Part shown: positions 10,736-22,528 of the stretch, one piece after another
Layout of the letters: every line of letters starts with the position of its first letter
Position numbering within the stretch: the stretch's first letter is position 1
The notes under the pieces: generated by a model
What the model was told of the DNA's origin: nothing
The model's database searches: none
Seen by the model: the letters and a program-made list of their open reading frames with translations, nothing else
Assembly: GCF_004010195.1 (NCBI RefSeq)
Contig: NC_057719.1
Span: 16,541,929-16,568,163 of the forward strand
DNA: 26,235 bases
Source of the DNA: Chiloscyllium plagiosum
Lineage: Eukaryota
Reading direction: 5' to 3'
Position numbers and translations under genes: made by a program

Positions 10736-10803
10736 GGACAATAGAACAATACAGTGCAGAACAGGCCCTTCGGCTCTCTCTGTTGCACTGACCTGTGAAC
10801 TAA
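10736..10803 (-). mobile_element. Short CR1-type 3' tail
   Basis: ATAGAACAATACAGTGCAGAACAGGCCCTTCGGC shares the ACAGGCCCTTCGGC stem-loop tail motif. Confidence 0.7.
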
Positions 10804-11099
10804 TGAATCAATAAAAACAGCATCATGCCCTGAAAAAGCATGATGCAATCTGGCCTGTCACCTCTGACACCAGAAGGAAATCTTTAGTCTGCAAAGTGAA
10901 ATGTGAACATTGTTGGTGCTCCCTTTGGTTTGCAGACCAATCAACAAAACTCTGCCTCTATGTTGGCTCTATTGTGACAGTCATGCAAATTGGGCTACTC
11001 TTAATTTTGGGTTTTAGCAGTTCCCAGAATGAACACTTCTCAGGATTTTAATTGTGTTTTAATTGCAGCGAAAATTACTCACATGAAGAACTTTCCTAT

Positions 11100-11980
11100 T
11101 AATACGTGGGACCTGGGTGTCACTGGCTGGCTAGCTTTTTTTGCGTGTCCCTAGTTGCCCCTGAGAAAGCGGTCATCTTGAATCACTGCTGTAAGTAGAC
11201 TCGGAATGCCCTTAGGGAGGGAATTCCAGGATTTTGACTCAGAAACAATGAAAGAACAATGATATATTCCTGTCAGGATGGTGATTGGCTTGGAGGGGAA
11301 TTTTCAGCTGATGGTGTTTCCATGTATTTGCTATCTTGCCATTCCAGATGGAAGTGGTCATGGGTTTGGAAGGGCTGCCTCAGTAAATTTCTGCAGTGAA
11401 TCTTGTGCATAGTACACACTGCTGCTTCTCAGTGTCAATGTTGGACAGATTGGATGTTTGTGGATATAGTGCCAGTCAAGCAGGCTTCTTGACTGTTATT
11501 GGAGCTGCACCCATCCAGACAAGTGGAGAGTTATCCATCACACACCTGACTTGTGCCTTGTACATGGTGGATAAGCTTTGGGGAGTCAGGAGGTGAGTTA
11601 CTCACCACAGTATTCAAAGCCTCTGACCTGCTTTTGTAGCTATTGTATTTATATGGCTAAAGCAGTTGCGTTTCTGGTCAGTGGTAACCCCAGGATGTTG
11701 ATAGAGAGGGATTCAGTCATGGTAATGTCTTTTAATGTCAAGCGGCTATGGTTAGATTGTCTGTCTCTTGTTGGAGATATTCGTTGCCTGGCATTTTTAT
11801 GGTGTAAGTGTTACTTGTCACTTATTAGCCCAAGCCTAGATATTATCCAGGTCTTGCTACATTTGGACATTGCCTGCTTCAGTTTCTGAGTCATTGTGTA
11901 ATCATCAGCGAACATCCTCACTTCTGATATTCGAGTGAAAGGAAGATCATTGATAAAGTGGTTGGGAATTGTTGGGTGTT
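11100..11980 (-). mobile_element. Degenerate CR1/L2-like LINE 3' part including the RT catalytic motif
   Basis: Minus-strand translation FINDLPFTRISEVRMFADD at about 11900-11960. Its 3' tail is shared with 2726-2800, 18460-18619 and the SINE at 19190-19580. Confidence 0.8.
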
Positions 11981-13399
11981 GAAATTGGTGAGCCAGCAAA
12001 TTAATGAAACTTGAAATTAGTCAGTATACTTTATTTTAAGGCAGTGTCTGCTGAATGTGTTCGCGTCATTGTGAATTATTGACCTACATTTAGGTATTTG
12101 TCATAAATCGAATTGGAAAGGAGGCAAGAAAGCCTGATTGGGGAGTGCTCGCTGTTGAAGTGTCGCTCGTCAATGCTTCGATGCAGGTCACATCACATGA
12201 AGGAAAGAAGGGGAAAATAGAGGGGCAGACAAATATTTTGTTACCCTAACAATTTTTTTCTTGTCTTGGGCTAGTCGCTTGCGCTCATTGCAGCCTTGAC
12301 TCCCAAAACGTATTCTCATAGGATTCATGGAAACAGTTGCTTCCATCATTTTTGAATGCTTGTATCATTTAAACCATTACAAAGATCAAATCCTGTCGCC
12401 GTGCTGCACAATAGGAGGAGTGGGTGGGTACAGTGCTGATGATTTCTGGCCCCTTTTGCTGCTTGCATTTACTGAAAGCTAGTGATCCTTGGAATTAAAA
12501 GGCATTGTGACATTTGTCCCTTGGCCTAGCCTTTACAATCTGGGCTTCCTGCCACATCCTGGTGCTTGTAAAGTTCAGAGAAAACCTTGTCTTTGAACTT
12601 CTTTTATGCTTGCAAGGTTTGAAAGTTACGTACCAATTATGTACTCAGTAAAAAGGCAGGCTGGATTCAGACCTGACTGTAAGCACAGCAAAAGGTGAGG
12701 CTTCTGAAAAACACCACACAACGTTCGCCCCGTCTCATGTTGAGGGGCCGATGCATTTGAGATCGAACAATGTGAAAATCTGGCAGCCTCTGTCAGAGCA
12801 CACAAAGTTTCCAAAGACCTGATTAAGTGCAGCAGTCTCTTCCAACAAGTTTGAAGTCTAATTATTGAGCCCTACCTCAGTGAAACAGTTCAATCACAGA
12901 AATCAAGGGAAGCTTCTGCACTCTCAAGGTGTGGGTTTAGTTAGTACTTGAGCAAGCAAAGCATAGCACATTCAAAGTGTAGAATGAGATGAGTTTAAAA
13001 CTCCTCGACGAATTTCCCAGGATAGCTGCCTGATCTTGGTATTGGCTGTGCTGAGCTGTCGGACTACCCCATGCCAAGCAACCGTTTGTTCGAACCATTG
13101 TACAGAGGATTATTACTACTGCGGGCTGCCAGGGCAAACAATTGGTTTGTGCTCAGTGACTCTTGCCTGACCACCATCAGCATGCTCCACTTGCTTTGTG
13201 AACAAAAGCTTGTGGTGGGATTTTAAGCGTTTGGTTTCTGAAAGGAATTTGAACGATGGCAGTCCACCAGCTTATGTTAGTGTGCAAGGACTTGGGAATG
13301 GGAGTGAGACATCTCCCATTTTATTGGATAATGGAAAACTTGGGAGTAAGTATTGATGGAGTAGAGGAATAGGCTTGATTGCAGAGCAGAACCAGCATA

Positions 13400-13704
13400 G
13401 GGCGGCACAGTGGCTCAGTGGTTAGCACTGCTGCCTCACAGCGCCAGGGACCCGGGTTCGATTCCTGCCTCGGGTGACTGTCTCTGTGGAGTTTGCACAT
13501 TCTCCCTATGTCAGTGTGGGTTTCCTCCAGGTGCTCCAGTTTCCACCCACAGTCCAAAGATGTGCAGGTTAGGTGAATTGGTCATGCTAAATTGCCCGAA
13601 GAGTTAGGTGCGAATGGGTCTGGGTGGGTTACTCTTCGGAGGGTCGGTGTGAACTAGTTGGGCCAAAGAGCCTATTTCCACACTGTAGAGAATCTAATCT
13701 AATC
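13400..13704 (+). mobile_element. HE1 SINE, full length
   Basis: A-box TGGCTCAGTGG, B-box GGTTCGATTCC, central core, tail AATCTAATCTAATC. Confidence 0.95.
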
Positions 13705-14381
13705 ATCTGTAAAGAGAAAAGGTTCAACTTAGCTTGTAATGAAAGAATCTAAAACCACAAAAGTCTCACTTTCTTACAGTTTTACATGAGACCCAGCTGA
13801 TCTATTGCTCACAATCAGCTGAATGTTCATTCCCAGTCAAGTCGGAGGCATGTATACTCGCAACTTCTCAACAAACAATCAGTGTGCCAGCCAGTCCCAA
13901 CTTGTATGTGTTTTTAGGTAAGTCATTTCTGTGAGGGCAGTGATTATATGGTGCGTCTGAATATGCCTGCAGCCAATAGATAGCATGGTAGCAGCTTTCC
14001 AGTGGTAGCTTGAGTGGGTGGTGTGGGATTTGGGTGGAATTTAGGGGGTGTTGGGGTGTGGAGGGGTCGTGGGCGGAGATGCACCCTGCACAGCAGGTCA
14101 GCAAAACAATGCTGCATTGCACAGGGAGCAGCCTAAGCTCTTGTGGGGTTCTCCACAGAAAATAGAGTTTTTGCCAAACATCTGTTCCTGAGGTGGCACC
14201 GCCAAATGAGCGGTTTCTTTCTTGAAGTATGTTGTAAAATCCCTTCAACGTTTGTACACAATGCAAGCAGCCAGAGCTCTGAAAACATAAAATCCTGCAG
14301 ACATACCCATAAACGTAGCTCTGGTCCATGCTGCAAATTTATGGCAGTGTTTGAATGAACTTTTCAAGTGGTTCTGCAACT

Positions 14382-14659
14382 GGGCTCAGTGGTTAGCACT
14401 GCTGCCTCACAGCAATAGGATCCCAGGTTCAATTCCAGCCTTGGGTGACTGTCTGTGTGGAGTTTGCACATTCTCCGTGTCTGCGTGGGTTTCCTCCGGG
14501 TGCTCCGGTTTCCTGCCACAGTCCAAAGATGTGCAGGTCAGGTGAATTGGCCAGGCTAAATTGCCCATAGTGTTAGGTGCATTAGTCAGAGGGAAATGGG
14601 TCAGTGTAGACTTGTTGGGCCAAGGGCCTGTTTCCATACTGTAGAGAATCGAATCTAAT
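14382..14659 (+). mobile_element. HE1 SINE, slightly 5'-truncated with internal deletion
   Basis: GGCTCAGTGGTTAGCAC head and GGTTCAATTCC B-box. The deletion runs between two GGGTC motifs at about 14600 relative to the 13400 and 15190 copies. Confidence 0.92.
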
Positions 14660-14779
14660 GGTTGTTCCATTAGAGCCATTGGTTTTCTAATTAGACAAGT
14701 GGTCCTCTTGAGGGAATAGGGCAGGGGGAGTAGCGAAGTATGCATAGAATGGAGGGTAGGGAGAAATCAAGACATTTAA

Positions 14780-14977
14780 AAAAAAAGATCATGTTATTAT
14801 CTGGAACGTATTGCCTGAAAAGGGTGGAAAATTTCATCATAATTTTCACAACAGAAATTGGATGAATATTGAAGGGAAAAAAGTATCAGACCAATTGGAA
14901 AGTTGCTTGGCTTTTTCAAAGAGCCAATATTGACATGACAGAGCAGAATAGCCTCTTCCTATGCTGTATCTTTCTGA
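14780..14977 (+). mobile_element. Old CR1-type LINE 3' fragment
   Basis: TCTGGAACGTATTGCCTGAAAAGGGTGG...GAATAGCCTCTTCCTATGCTGTA follows the CR1 tail layout. Confidence 0.6.
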
Positions 14978-15027
14978 GTTGGGCATCCTGTGATTCTTTC
15001 CGTGGTCAAAAAAAACAATCAATCCTT

Positions 15028-15159
15028 TAAGAAAATACTGTGGATGTTGGAAATCTGAAAGAAGTAGAGAATGCTGGAGAAACTTAATAAGTCTCTGGCA
15101 GCATCTGTGGAGAGAGAAACTGAATTAATGTTTTGAATCCAGTATGACTTCTTCAGAAC
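15028..15159 (-). mobile_element. Old Penelope-derived terminal fragment with decayed hammerhead
   Basis: Minus strand GTTCTGAAGAAGTCatactgGATTCAAAACATTAAT...GATGCTGCCAGAGAC...CTCCAGCA parallels the PLE tail at 26144-26224. A degraded 12-bp flank repeat CAATCAATCCTT / CAACCAGTCCTT lies at 15016-15027 and 15160-15171. Confidence 0.7.
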
Positions 15160-15189
15160 CAACCAGTCCTTAGTCTGTGTATTTTCGCA

Positions 15190-15501
15190 ATTAGATTAGA
15201 TTAGATTCCCTACGGTGTGGAAACAGGCCTTCGGTCCAACAAGTCCACACTGACCCTCTGAAGATTAATCCGCCCAGACCCATTTCCCTCTGACCTAACC
15301 CTATGGGCAATTTATCATGGCCAATTCACCTGACCTGCACATCTTTGGAGTGTGGGAGGAAACCAGAGCACCCAGAGGAAACCCACACAGACATGGGGAG
15401 AATGTGCAAAGTCCACACAGGCAGTCGCTCGAGGCTGGAATCAAACTGGGACCCTGGTGCTGTGAGGCAGCAGTGCTAACTGCTGAGCCACTGTGCCACC
15501 C
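15190..15501 (-). mobile_element. HE1 SINE, full length
   Basis: (ATTAG)3 tail through head CACTGTGCCACCC; ATTAGA recurs at 15503-15508 as a possible TSD. Confidence 0.95.
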
Positions 15502-16314
15502 CATTAGAGGATGACACTTTGAGTTGGAGAATATTCTTCCAGGATGCCAGCCATTTTTTTCATCCAATGATAGCAGCCAACAGCTGTTAAATGTGAGTAT
15601 AATGTCTTGGCCTCACTGGCCCTTCCTTTGAAGCTTTCAAAAGAAATGCTTTCTGAAATTTGCCCCAACTTTGCCCTTTAATCTTGAATTAGTGGAGCCT
15701 TCTCCTGCTGTTATTTGTCTGAAGGAACATTCTGTCATCACTTTCAACATCCAAGTGGACTCTGTTGATCAATGGCAGAGAAATTAGGGGCATTCATGGA
15801 ATTGAATCCTAGCTAGTGTTTCTTGCTTGCAGGGAAATGAGGGAAGAGAATTCAGGAAGTGGGCAGTCTATTTACATTTTGTGACAGTCACAAACTGGTT
15901 CAGGACTTAAGGGTGTGGAGCTTCAATAAAGGTTAAAGAAAGGCTATCACACAAAATGTTCTTTTAAGGCAATTCACAAGGTCATCAAAACATCTCACAC
16001 ATTTTTCTTATTGAGAAGCGGAAGCTGCATTGTTTCTCAAATTTAAACAATGATGAGGTGTCTGGCTGAGCAATGTGTGCTGCAACTCAATGAGCTCCGC
16101 ATTCTTTTAATTAATTACAACTCTTATTGCCACTGTTTTGTTTGGTAAATGTTGATTTAGGAATTAGATGTTTGTAGGAGGGATTTGTGTATTGTGACTA
16201 AATTACTTATTATTTATTCAGCTTGTTTACATAAATCTAAAATGGGATTCAGCTGTCTGATTGGACACGTGCCACATTTCATGAAGTTGTCTGATTGTAC
16301 AAAAGTGAAGTGCA

Positions 16315-16395
16315 GGGGGTCCCCCATGGTGCAGTGTTAATGTCCTTCATTCTGAGTTAGAAGGCCTAGGTTCATGTCCTTGATTAAAAATATCG
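16315..16395 (+). mobile_element. Short tRNA-derived SINE remnant
   Basis: TGGTGCAGTG A-box-like and GGTTCATGTCC B-box-like; similar to 17531-17652 and 23843-23942. Confidence 0.5.
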
Positions 16396-17054
16396 ATGAA
16401 ATGAAGGCTGAGTTAAAAATAACATTTGCAACACGAGTTAACTGAGTCTTCTTTTCTTGGAACATTTTCATTAGCTTTGAAAGGAACAGAAATTATGTTT
16501 TGAATTAGGTTACTTTCAGTGGAGCTAACATTGAAATGATATGCTTGATTGTCCTCTTGTACTCTTTTAAAAGTCATTCTAGGGTGTGTTAATCTGAACA
16601 AGGAGCTTCTTAATTTACACTGGAGCCAGCCCTTTCCTGATCTGGTCTCCATGTACACACTGTAGCAGGGGCCACTCAACATTGACAGCTTTTACCTGAT
16701 AGTTTACTTGCATTAGCACAGGGTATTGAGCAATTGACACAATTGAAATCAGAGATCAGTTTGGGGCTGTTCTGATTTGCATGGTTCTGTGCAATTGCAG
16801 GTTGGCACTCGGGAAAATCTGAATGGGCTCTGAATAAAAAAACGTTCTCCTCTCTGAATCTTGCACAGGTCCCTGGGGCTCCCTGTGACCTGCTGTTTAT
16901 CCGGTCTCTCTTCTCGCATCTCTTCCTCTTCCTCCTGCATCTGCAGAAGCATTTATAATTGCTGCTTGACATCACAGACCGAGGCTAAGAATTTGCCATC
17001 TGCAGAATTGTGGATGTTGTCTGAAGCCCATTGCCTTGTCAGGAACTGAAAATT

Positions 17055-17403
17055 TGGAGATTTAACAGCAGTCTTCAAAAACTTATGGAGCATTTTTGAT
17101 AAGAGCAGGTTGAGGTAAAATGTTCACTTTGGCAGGAAGATTTCTAACCAGAGAAGATGAGAAAAGTTTCCAGGTAGCAAGTTTTTTGGCCTGGAGTGTA
17201 AAGACTAAGAGATGGTTGTGGAAGAAAATTCATCAGTAACTTTCCAAAGGGAATTTTATACATACTTGGAATGAGGGAATTGAATTGTGGGGCGTTGGGG
17301 AAAGAGCAGAACTGTTGAATGAACTTGATCACTCATTGAAAGAGCAGTCATAGGTATAATGGTCTGAATGGTTTCCTTTTGTGTATACAATGTTATGATT
17401 CTA
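17055..17403 (+). mobile_element. Old CR1-type LINE 3' fragment
   Basis: GGAGATTTAACAGCAGTCTTCAAAA (GDL..VFK-like) through TGGTCTGAATGGTTTCCTTTTGTG...ATGATTCTA tail. Confidence 0.6.
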
Positions 17404-17530
17404 ATATATCTGATCAGGTCAAGCATATTTGCAGGCAGTCACATTTCATTAGAGGGTTGGCATTTGCAAGTGTTTTGAATTAATTGCAATGGTGAATAAT
17501 TGTAGAGTGTGGGAGAAAAAATTGTGGAGC

Positions 17531-17652
17531 AGGGGCCCTGTTGTGGCACATTGATAATGTCCCTACCCCGGACCCAGAAGCCTGGGCTTAAGCCGCACCT
17601 GCTCCAGAGGAGTATAATATCTGATGAGGAAAAACAGGTTAAATAAAAAATA
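17531..17652 (+). mobile_element. Short tRNA-derived SINE remnant
   Basis: TGTGGCACATTGATAATGTCCCTACC...CCTGGGCTTAAGCCGCACC and an A-rich end; same family as 16315 and 23843. Confidence 0.5.
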
Positions 17653-18459
17653 ATGTAGGCCTCTGAATTGGAGAGTGCTAATAACCATTTGGAGGTTTAC
17701 CTGACTCTATGCTAACACCTGAGAATGTGATTATTTTTGAGTAAGGAGCCAAAACCCTCTCTCTGCCTGTGCTGAAGAGGTTTAATTATTGATTTGAAAA
17801 TTCAACCTTGTGCAACATTCATGAATATTGAACTTGCACTGTCAATAACCTGCAGCATTTGACTTGTTTCCATTGAGATTTTATTGGACTCGGTACTGTA
17901 TGTAGCTGTTGATGTGGGAGAATAGCTCTCTGCAAAACAATGCTGAAGGGCCAGTAAAAGAAAAGTGCAGTCCTGTGAGATATCAGATGTAGCTCTACTC
18001 AGAAATAAATATACTTGATGCTTCTCTAAATGTTGGATCTTTTATTGCAGAATCATTGTGTGTGTGTAATATGTAACACTGCAGGGTTGCTGGCTTTGGA
18101 AACTATAAACTGACTCGGAACCAGCAGTTCTGCCTTCAAACGTTGCCATGTAACTCCTAAGAAATGTACTAGATTGGAGGGAGGCCAGATCTGGTAGGCT
18201 TGAACTGTTGAGAATATCCAAGCGATATCTTGCAACAGGCTGCAAGTGAACACAATAGTCAATAGTCCCATGACCATTATCCATGTAACCAATTTTCCAG
18301 TTTAATGCATTGCAGCAAATATAAAGAGGCCTTCTCTTCAGCATTACCCCAATTTGTTTATCATCTAAGTGAGTCATTACTCATGGCTTTCGATGTCACA
18401 TCATTTATCCAATTTACTTTGAATGACAGTGACAGGCAATGTCTTCAATAGAACATGAA

Positions 18460-18619
18460 ACATTGCCCTTCCTAACGTTATTGTGGGTCAACCTACACCA
18501 CATGGATTGCAGCAATTCATGAAAGTGGCTCACCACCCTCTTCACAACGCAATTAGGGATGGCAACAAATGTTGGTCTAGCTGGTGGCATTTTCACCCTG
18601 TAAAATATAAATACAAAAA
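18460..18619 (+). mobile_element. 3' tail of the CR1/L2-like family at 11100-11980
   Basis: CCTTCCTAACG...GCTCACCACC...GCAATTAGGGATGGCAACAAATG matches the reverse complements of 11100-11230 and 2726-2800; A-rich end. Confidence 0.7.
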
Positions 18620-18726
18620 CTTCTAAGCCTCGGATTAAATAGTAGTTCAATGTAGCATTATAAATTTAGGCAACTGCTGGAAAAGGACAAGAAGTAATCC
18701 AGGATGAAACAAGAATTTAAGACTGA

Positions 18727-18876
18727 AAGATATAGGAGCTGAAGTGTCCATATAGCCCATTGAGTCTGTTCAGAATTTAATATGATCATGACTGATCTGA
18801 TAATCCTTAACTCCACCTTCCTGCCTTTTCCTATAACCCTTGTTTTACTTATTGATTGAAAGTCTGTCACAGCCCT
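18727..18876 (-). mobile_element. CR1-type 3' tail fragment
   Basis: ATAGGAGCTGAAG...GATCATGACTGATCTGATAATCCTTAACTCCACCTTCCTGCCTTTTCC is a typical antisense CR1 tail. Confidence 0.65.
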
Positions 18877-19189
18877 AGCTCTCGTTGGTAAAAAATATTT
18901 AATTGGAAGAGGGTCAGATTTTGTGGGGTGAGATAAATCTGGCTCAGGCAAATTGGAATCCAAGATTGGCAGACAAAACTGAAGTGGGACAATAGGCTAC
19001 CATGAAGGAGCTGGTGGCTTGGGTACAGATGCAGTTCATTTAGAGGGAATGGTAAGGCAATGAAATCCAGAGCTCTCTGCATGTTAGAATAAATGGAGAG
19101 CAACTTAAATCCATAAGACAGTATTTTTGTCCCATGTCAGGTTGACAATACAAGCCAGAATCAAAAAAAGGCAGTAGGAGGTTTTCTTA

Positions 19190-19580
19190 TATTCATTAAT
19201 TCATGGAAGTCTCTGGTTATGTCAGCATTTATTACCCATTCCTAATTATCACTTGAACTGAGCTGCTTGTGAGGGCCATTTCATCAGCAGTTCAGATTCA
19301 ACCATATTGCAGTAAGTCTGGAGTCACATAAAGGCCAAACCAGGTAAGGACGACAGATTTACTTCCCTAAAAGACATCAGTGAACCAGATGGATTTTTTG
19401 TTTTGCTTTTTTCTTAAAAAAAGCAATTGACATGGTCACCACTGAGTTAGCTTTTAATTCCAGAGGTGCATTGATGCAAGTTTCACCAACTGCCAAGATG
19501 GGATTCAAGTTCATGCCTTGCGGCATTAGTCTGGATCTCTTGATCACTGGCTCAGTGACAATACCACTACTCCACTCCCT
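19190..19580 (-). mobile_element. tRNA-derived SINE with a tail shared with the CR1/L2-like LINE
   Basis: Minus strand: A-box-like TGGAGTAGTGG, B-box-like ACTTGAATCCC, body GGTTCACTGATGTCTTTTAGGGAAG, tail AATTAGGAATGGGTAATAAATGCTG. Confidence 0.75.
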
Positions 19581-20355
19581 GCCTGAAACACTGCTGTGAA
19601 AAGATGGATACTTATCACACAAGAAGCCAAAAAAATCTTATATAGGTGTAAACCTACATAAAAGAAGCTGATCAGGAGCAAAGCTGGAGACCTACACATG
19701 GAGGCAGAGGACATGGCTGAGATACTAAAGGAGTATTTTGCATCAGTCTTTACTGAGGAAGGTGATGCTGCCAGTGTCCTTGTGAAAGAAAATGTAGTTC
19801 TGATGATTATTATGCTAAAAATTGATGTAGTAGGAGGTATTTGAAAGGCTTACTGTGCTTCAAGCTGATAAGAACGGAGGGAATAAGGACAGAACTTGCA
19901 GAGCTGTTGGCAATTATTTGCAAGTCTCCTGAGAAAACAGGGATAATATCACAGCTCTGAAGAATTGCATCTGTTAAAAAAGGCACATAGTAGCCCTGAC
20001 TTTATAAATAGAGGCATTGCACACGAAACAGGGAAGTGAATATGAATCTTCATAACAAACAATATGGATGTTGGGATGCTGTAGATGTAGTATATTGGAC
20101 TTCTAGAAAGTACTTAAGATGCCACACAAAAGATGAATATGCAAGGTCAGATTACATGGGGTTACAGATAATGTTTTATCTTGGATTGAGGATCAGCTAA
20201 CCAATGGAAAGCAGAGTGTCAAGGTATTTTTCCAGTTGACAAAATGTAATTATTGGGGTGACACAGGATTCTGTTCTAAGGCCCCAACTATTTACAGTCT
20301 GGGAATAGAAAGTACTGTAGGCAAATTTGCAACTGACACTAAAACAAGTAGGTAA

Positions 20356-20577
20356 AATTGCCATAGTCTTACAAGACCATAGGACTGCTCTGACATTACA
20401 GACAGAGAACAGGTGATGGTTTAACCTGAGGTGAGGATCAACACATCTCAAATAAGTTAGGAGGTTGAGTCAGAGAGTCCTGTTTTGGTAACCTCAGCCA
20501 GCACTGGAATCAAACTCTGCTATTGGCATCACTCAGCATCACAGGTCAGCAATCCAGCCAACTGAGCTAACTGACCT
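20356..20577 (-). mobile_element. tRNA-derived SINE inserted into the CR1 RT remnant
   Basis: Minus-strand head GGTCAGTTAGCTCAGTTGG and B-box AGTTTGATTCC. AAATTGC flanks it at 20355-20361 and 20579-20585, and CR1 motifs resume after it. Confidence 0.8.
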
Positions 20578-22172
20578 GAAATTGCAATGAAGAAATAAAG
20601 AAGTTACACACGGATATGGATAGGTTAGTTGAATGGGCCAAAATTTGTTTGATGAAATTTAACATGTAGTGTATTAGGTTATTTATTTTGGCTGAGGGAA
20701 TAGAAAAGCAGCTTGTTATCTAAATGGAAAGAAACTTCAGAGTAAAGAGGGATCCATGCATGAGTCGCAAAAAAACTAGTATGCAGATACACCAGGTAAT
20801 AAGGAAAGCAAGTGACTGATCTTTAATTACTTGAACTATCATTGTTTAAAAAGGCAGCAAAAGACACAAACTGGCCAGTGTTCCAGAACCACACCTGTAC
20901 CTGGAGAGGATTAAAAAATGATGGGCCAGAATCTTTGATTTATCTTTCATCCTTTCTTTTAATGTCCTGGGATATAGTTGATCCTGGCCCAGCAATCAAA
21001 GGTGCTAAAATCCCTTTTTAATATTTTCTTCCTCAATATACTAATTCAAACAAATCTTTCACACATATCCTTAATGACCATGTCTGTAGTATTCCCATTT
21101 TGTGAAAATAATCATTGGAATCCATGCCTGTATATTCTGCCTCCACACATGGTTACTTTCTGATTTGTAAAAGTTCCTAGTCTTTACTTTGTTTCTTCTT
21201 GCTTTCTGTATATCCAGAAGAAATCTTGATTTTAAGGTTGAGGAGATGAAATGAATCAGAGCAGGTCTCGTGTAAAAACTGCGAATCACACAGTAGGAGC
21301 CTTATGGTTCAGTGACGTTTTAGGGCCCAGAGAAGTTCAGTGGCTTCAAGCAGAAAGTCAACACGCCACCAGTCACTAAAGCTGAACACTCCTCCCACAT
21401 GTGCACATGGTGAGACCAGCAACTGGAAGGTGAATACACCTAACCTGGACAATTTCAACCGTCCATCTGTCCAGTTTCCTCTGGGTACAAATGGCTGAAG
21501 CCCCAGGTCCTAGTTGCAAACTGAGAACCATCACACATCACGTAGGGTCTATATTTCCAATGTTGCTGTCAGCACAATACAAGATGGGTAAAATCATAAG
21601 ACACATTTCACAACCGCAAGCAGAAGTATCAAACAGGAAAATCCATTTGCGCTGACAGTTTGTATGAAGCAGTGACTAATTAAGCATGGGTTATGAAACG
21701 GGATAAATATAGCAATCATTTTATATTTTAAATAAATGAACTTTAATGAAGCAAGATTGAGAAGCCAGAGATCACTGGTGTTTAATAAACAGAAAGTAGC
21801 TTGACGGTATCTCACTGAATTTCCGTTAATGATGCATGCAAAATATAATACAACCCTAATAAACAAATCTTGACTGAGTTAATAGCCACAACGTTCAATC
21901 ACGAAGGCTACTCAAAGATGCCTTGTGGTCAAAGGATTTACCTGAATAAGGTTAAATTGGTCACTGTTGAAGCACATTCTGGGCCAAACTTTAAGGTGAT
22001 AGGATCATGAGTGAAATTGAAATCTGGCCATCTCTAAAACTGGTATTCTCTTCTCCACCTGTCCAATCAAAAAAAGTTGTGGGTACTGCATTAAATGAAA
22101 GCAAATTTTCAATAATGATACCCTTTCCAATCAAAAATATATCAAAGGATATGGAGCAAAGGTGTATAAATG

Positions 22173-22480
22173 GATTAGATTAGATTACTTACAGTGTGGA
22201 AACAGGCCCTTCGGCCCAACAAGTCCACACTGACCCGCCGAAGCGTAACCCACCATTCCCTACATTTACCCCTTTACCTAACACTACGGGCAATTTAACA
22301 TGGCCAATTCACCTGCATATCGTTGGACTGTGGGAGGAAACCGGAGCACCCGGAGGAAACCCACGCAGACACGGGGAGAACGTGCAAACTCCACACAGTC
22401 AATCGCCTGAGTGGGGAATTGAACCCGGGTCTCTGTCGCTATAAGGCAGCAGTGCTAACCACTGTGCCACCGTGCCGCCC
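22173..22480 (-). mobile_element. HE1 SINE (short, young variant), full length
   Basis: (GATTA)3 tail to CCACTGTGCCACCGTGCCGCCC head; CpGs largely retained; same variant as 4241-4546. Confidence 0.95.
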
Positions 22481-22528
22481 AGATTTAAGCACAGATTGGC
22501 CAAGATTAGCTTTAAGTGTCTCTGTGAC

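Larger units (their letters stand above)
18930..20812 (+). mobile_element. Highly decayed CR1 ORF2 remnant interrupted by two SINEs
   Basis: EAEDMAEILKEYFASVFTEE (about 19700-19760; cf. EPQDMGVILNEYFASVFTEE at about 7634), VDVVY..DF, GVTQDSVLRPQLFT, KFATDTK, DMDRLVEWAK..MKFN. Confidence 0.8.

Noticed and set aside
13400..13475. tRNA gene
   Set aside because: tRNA-derived SINE head that continues into the HE1 body; no complete cloverleaf or Pol III terminator.
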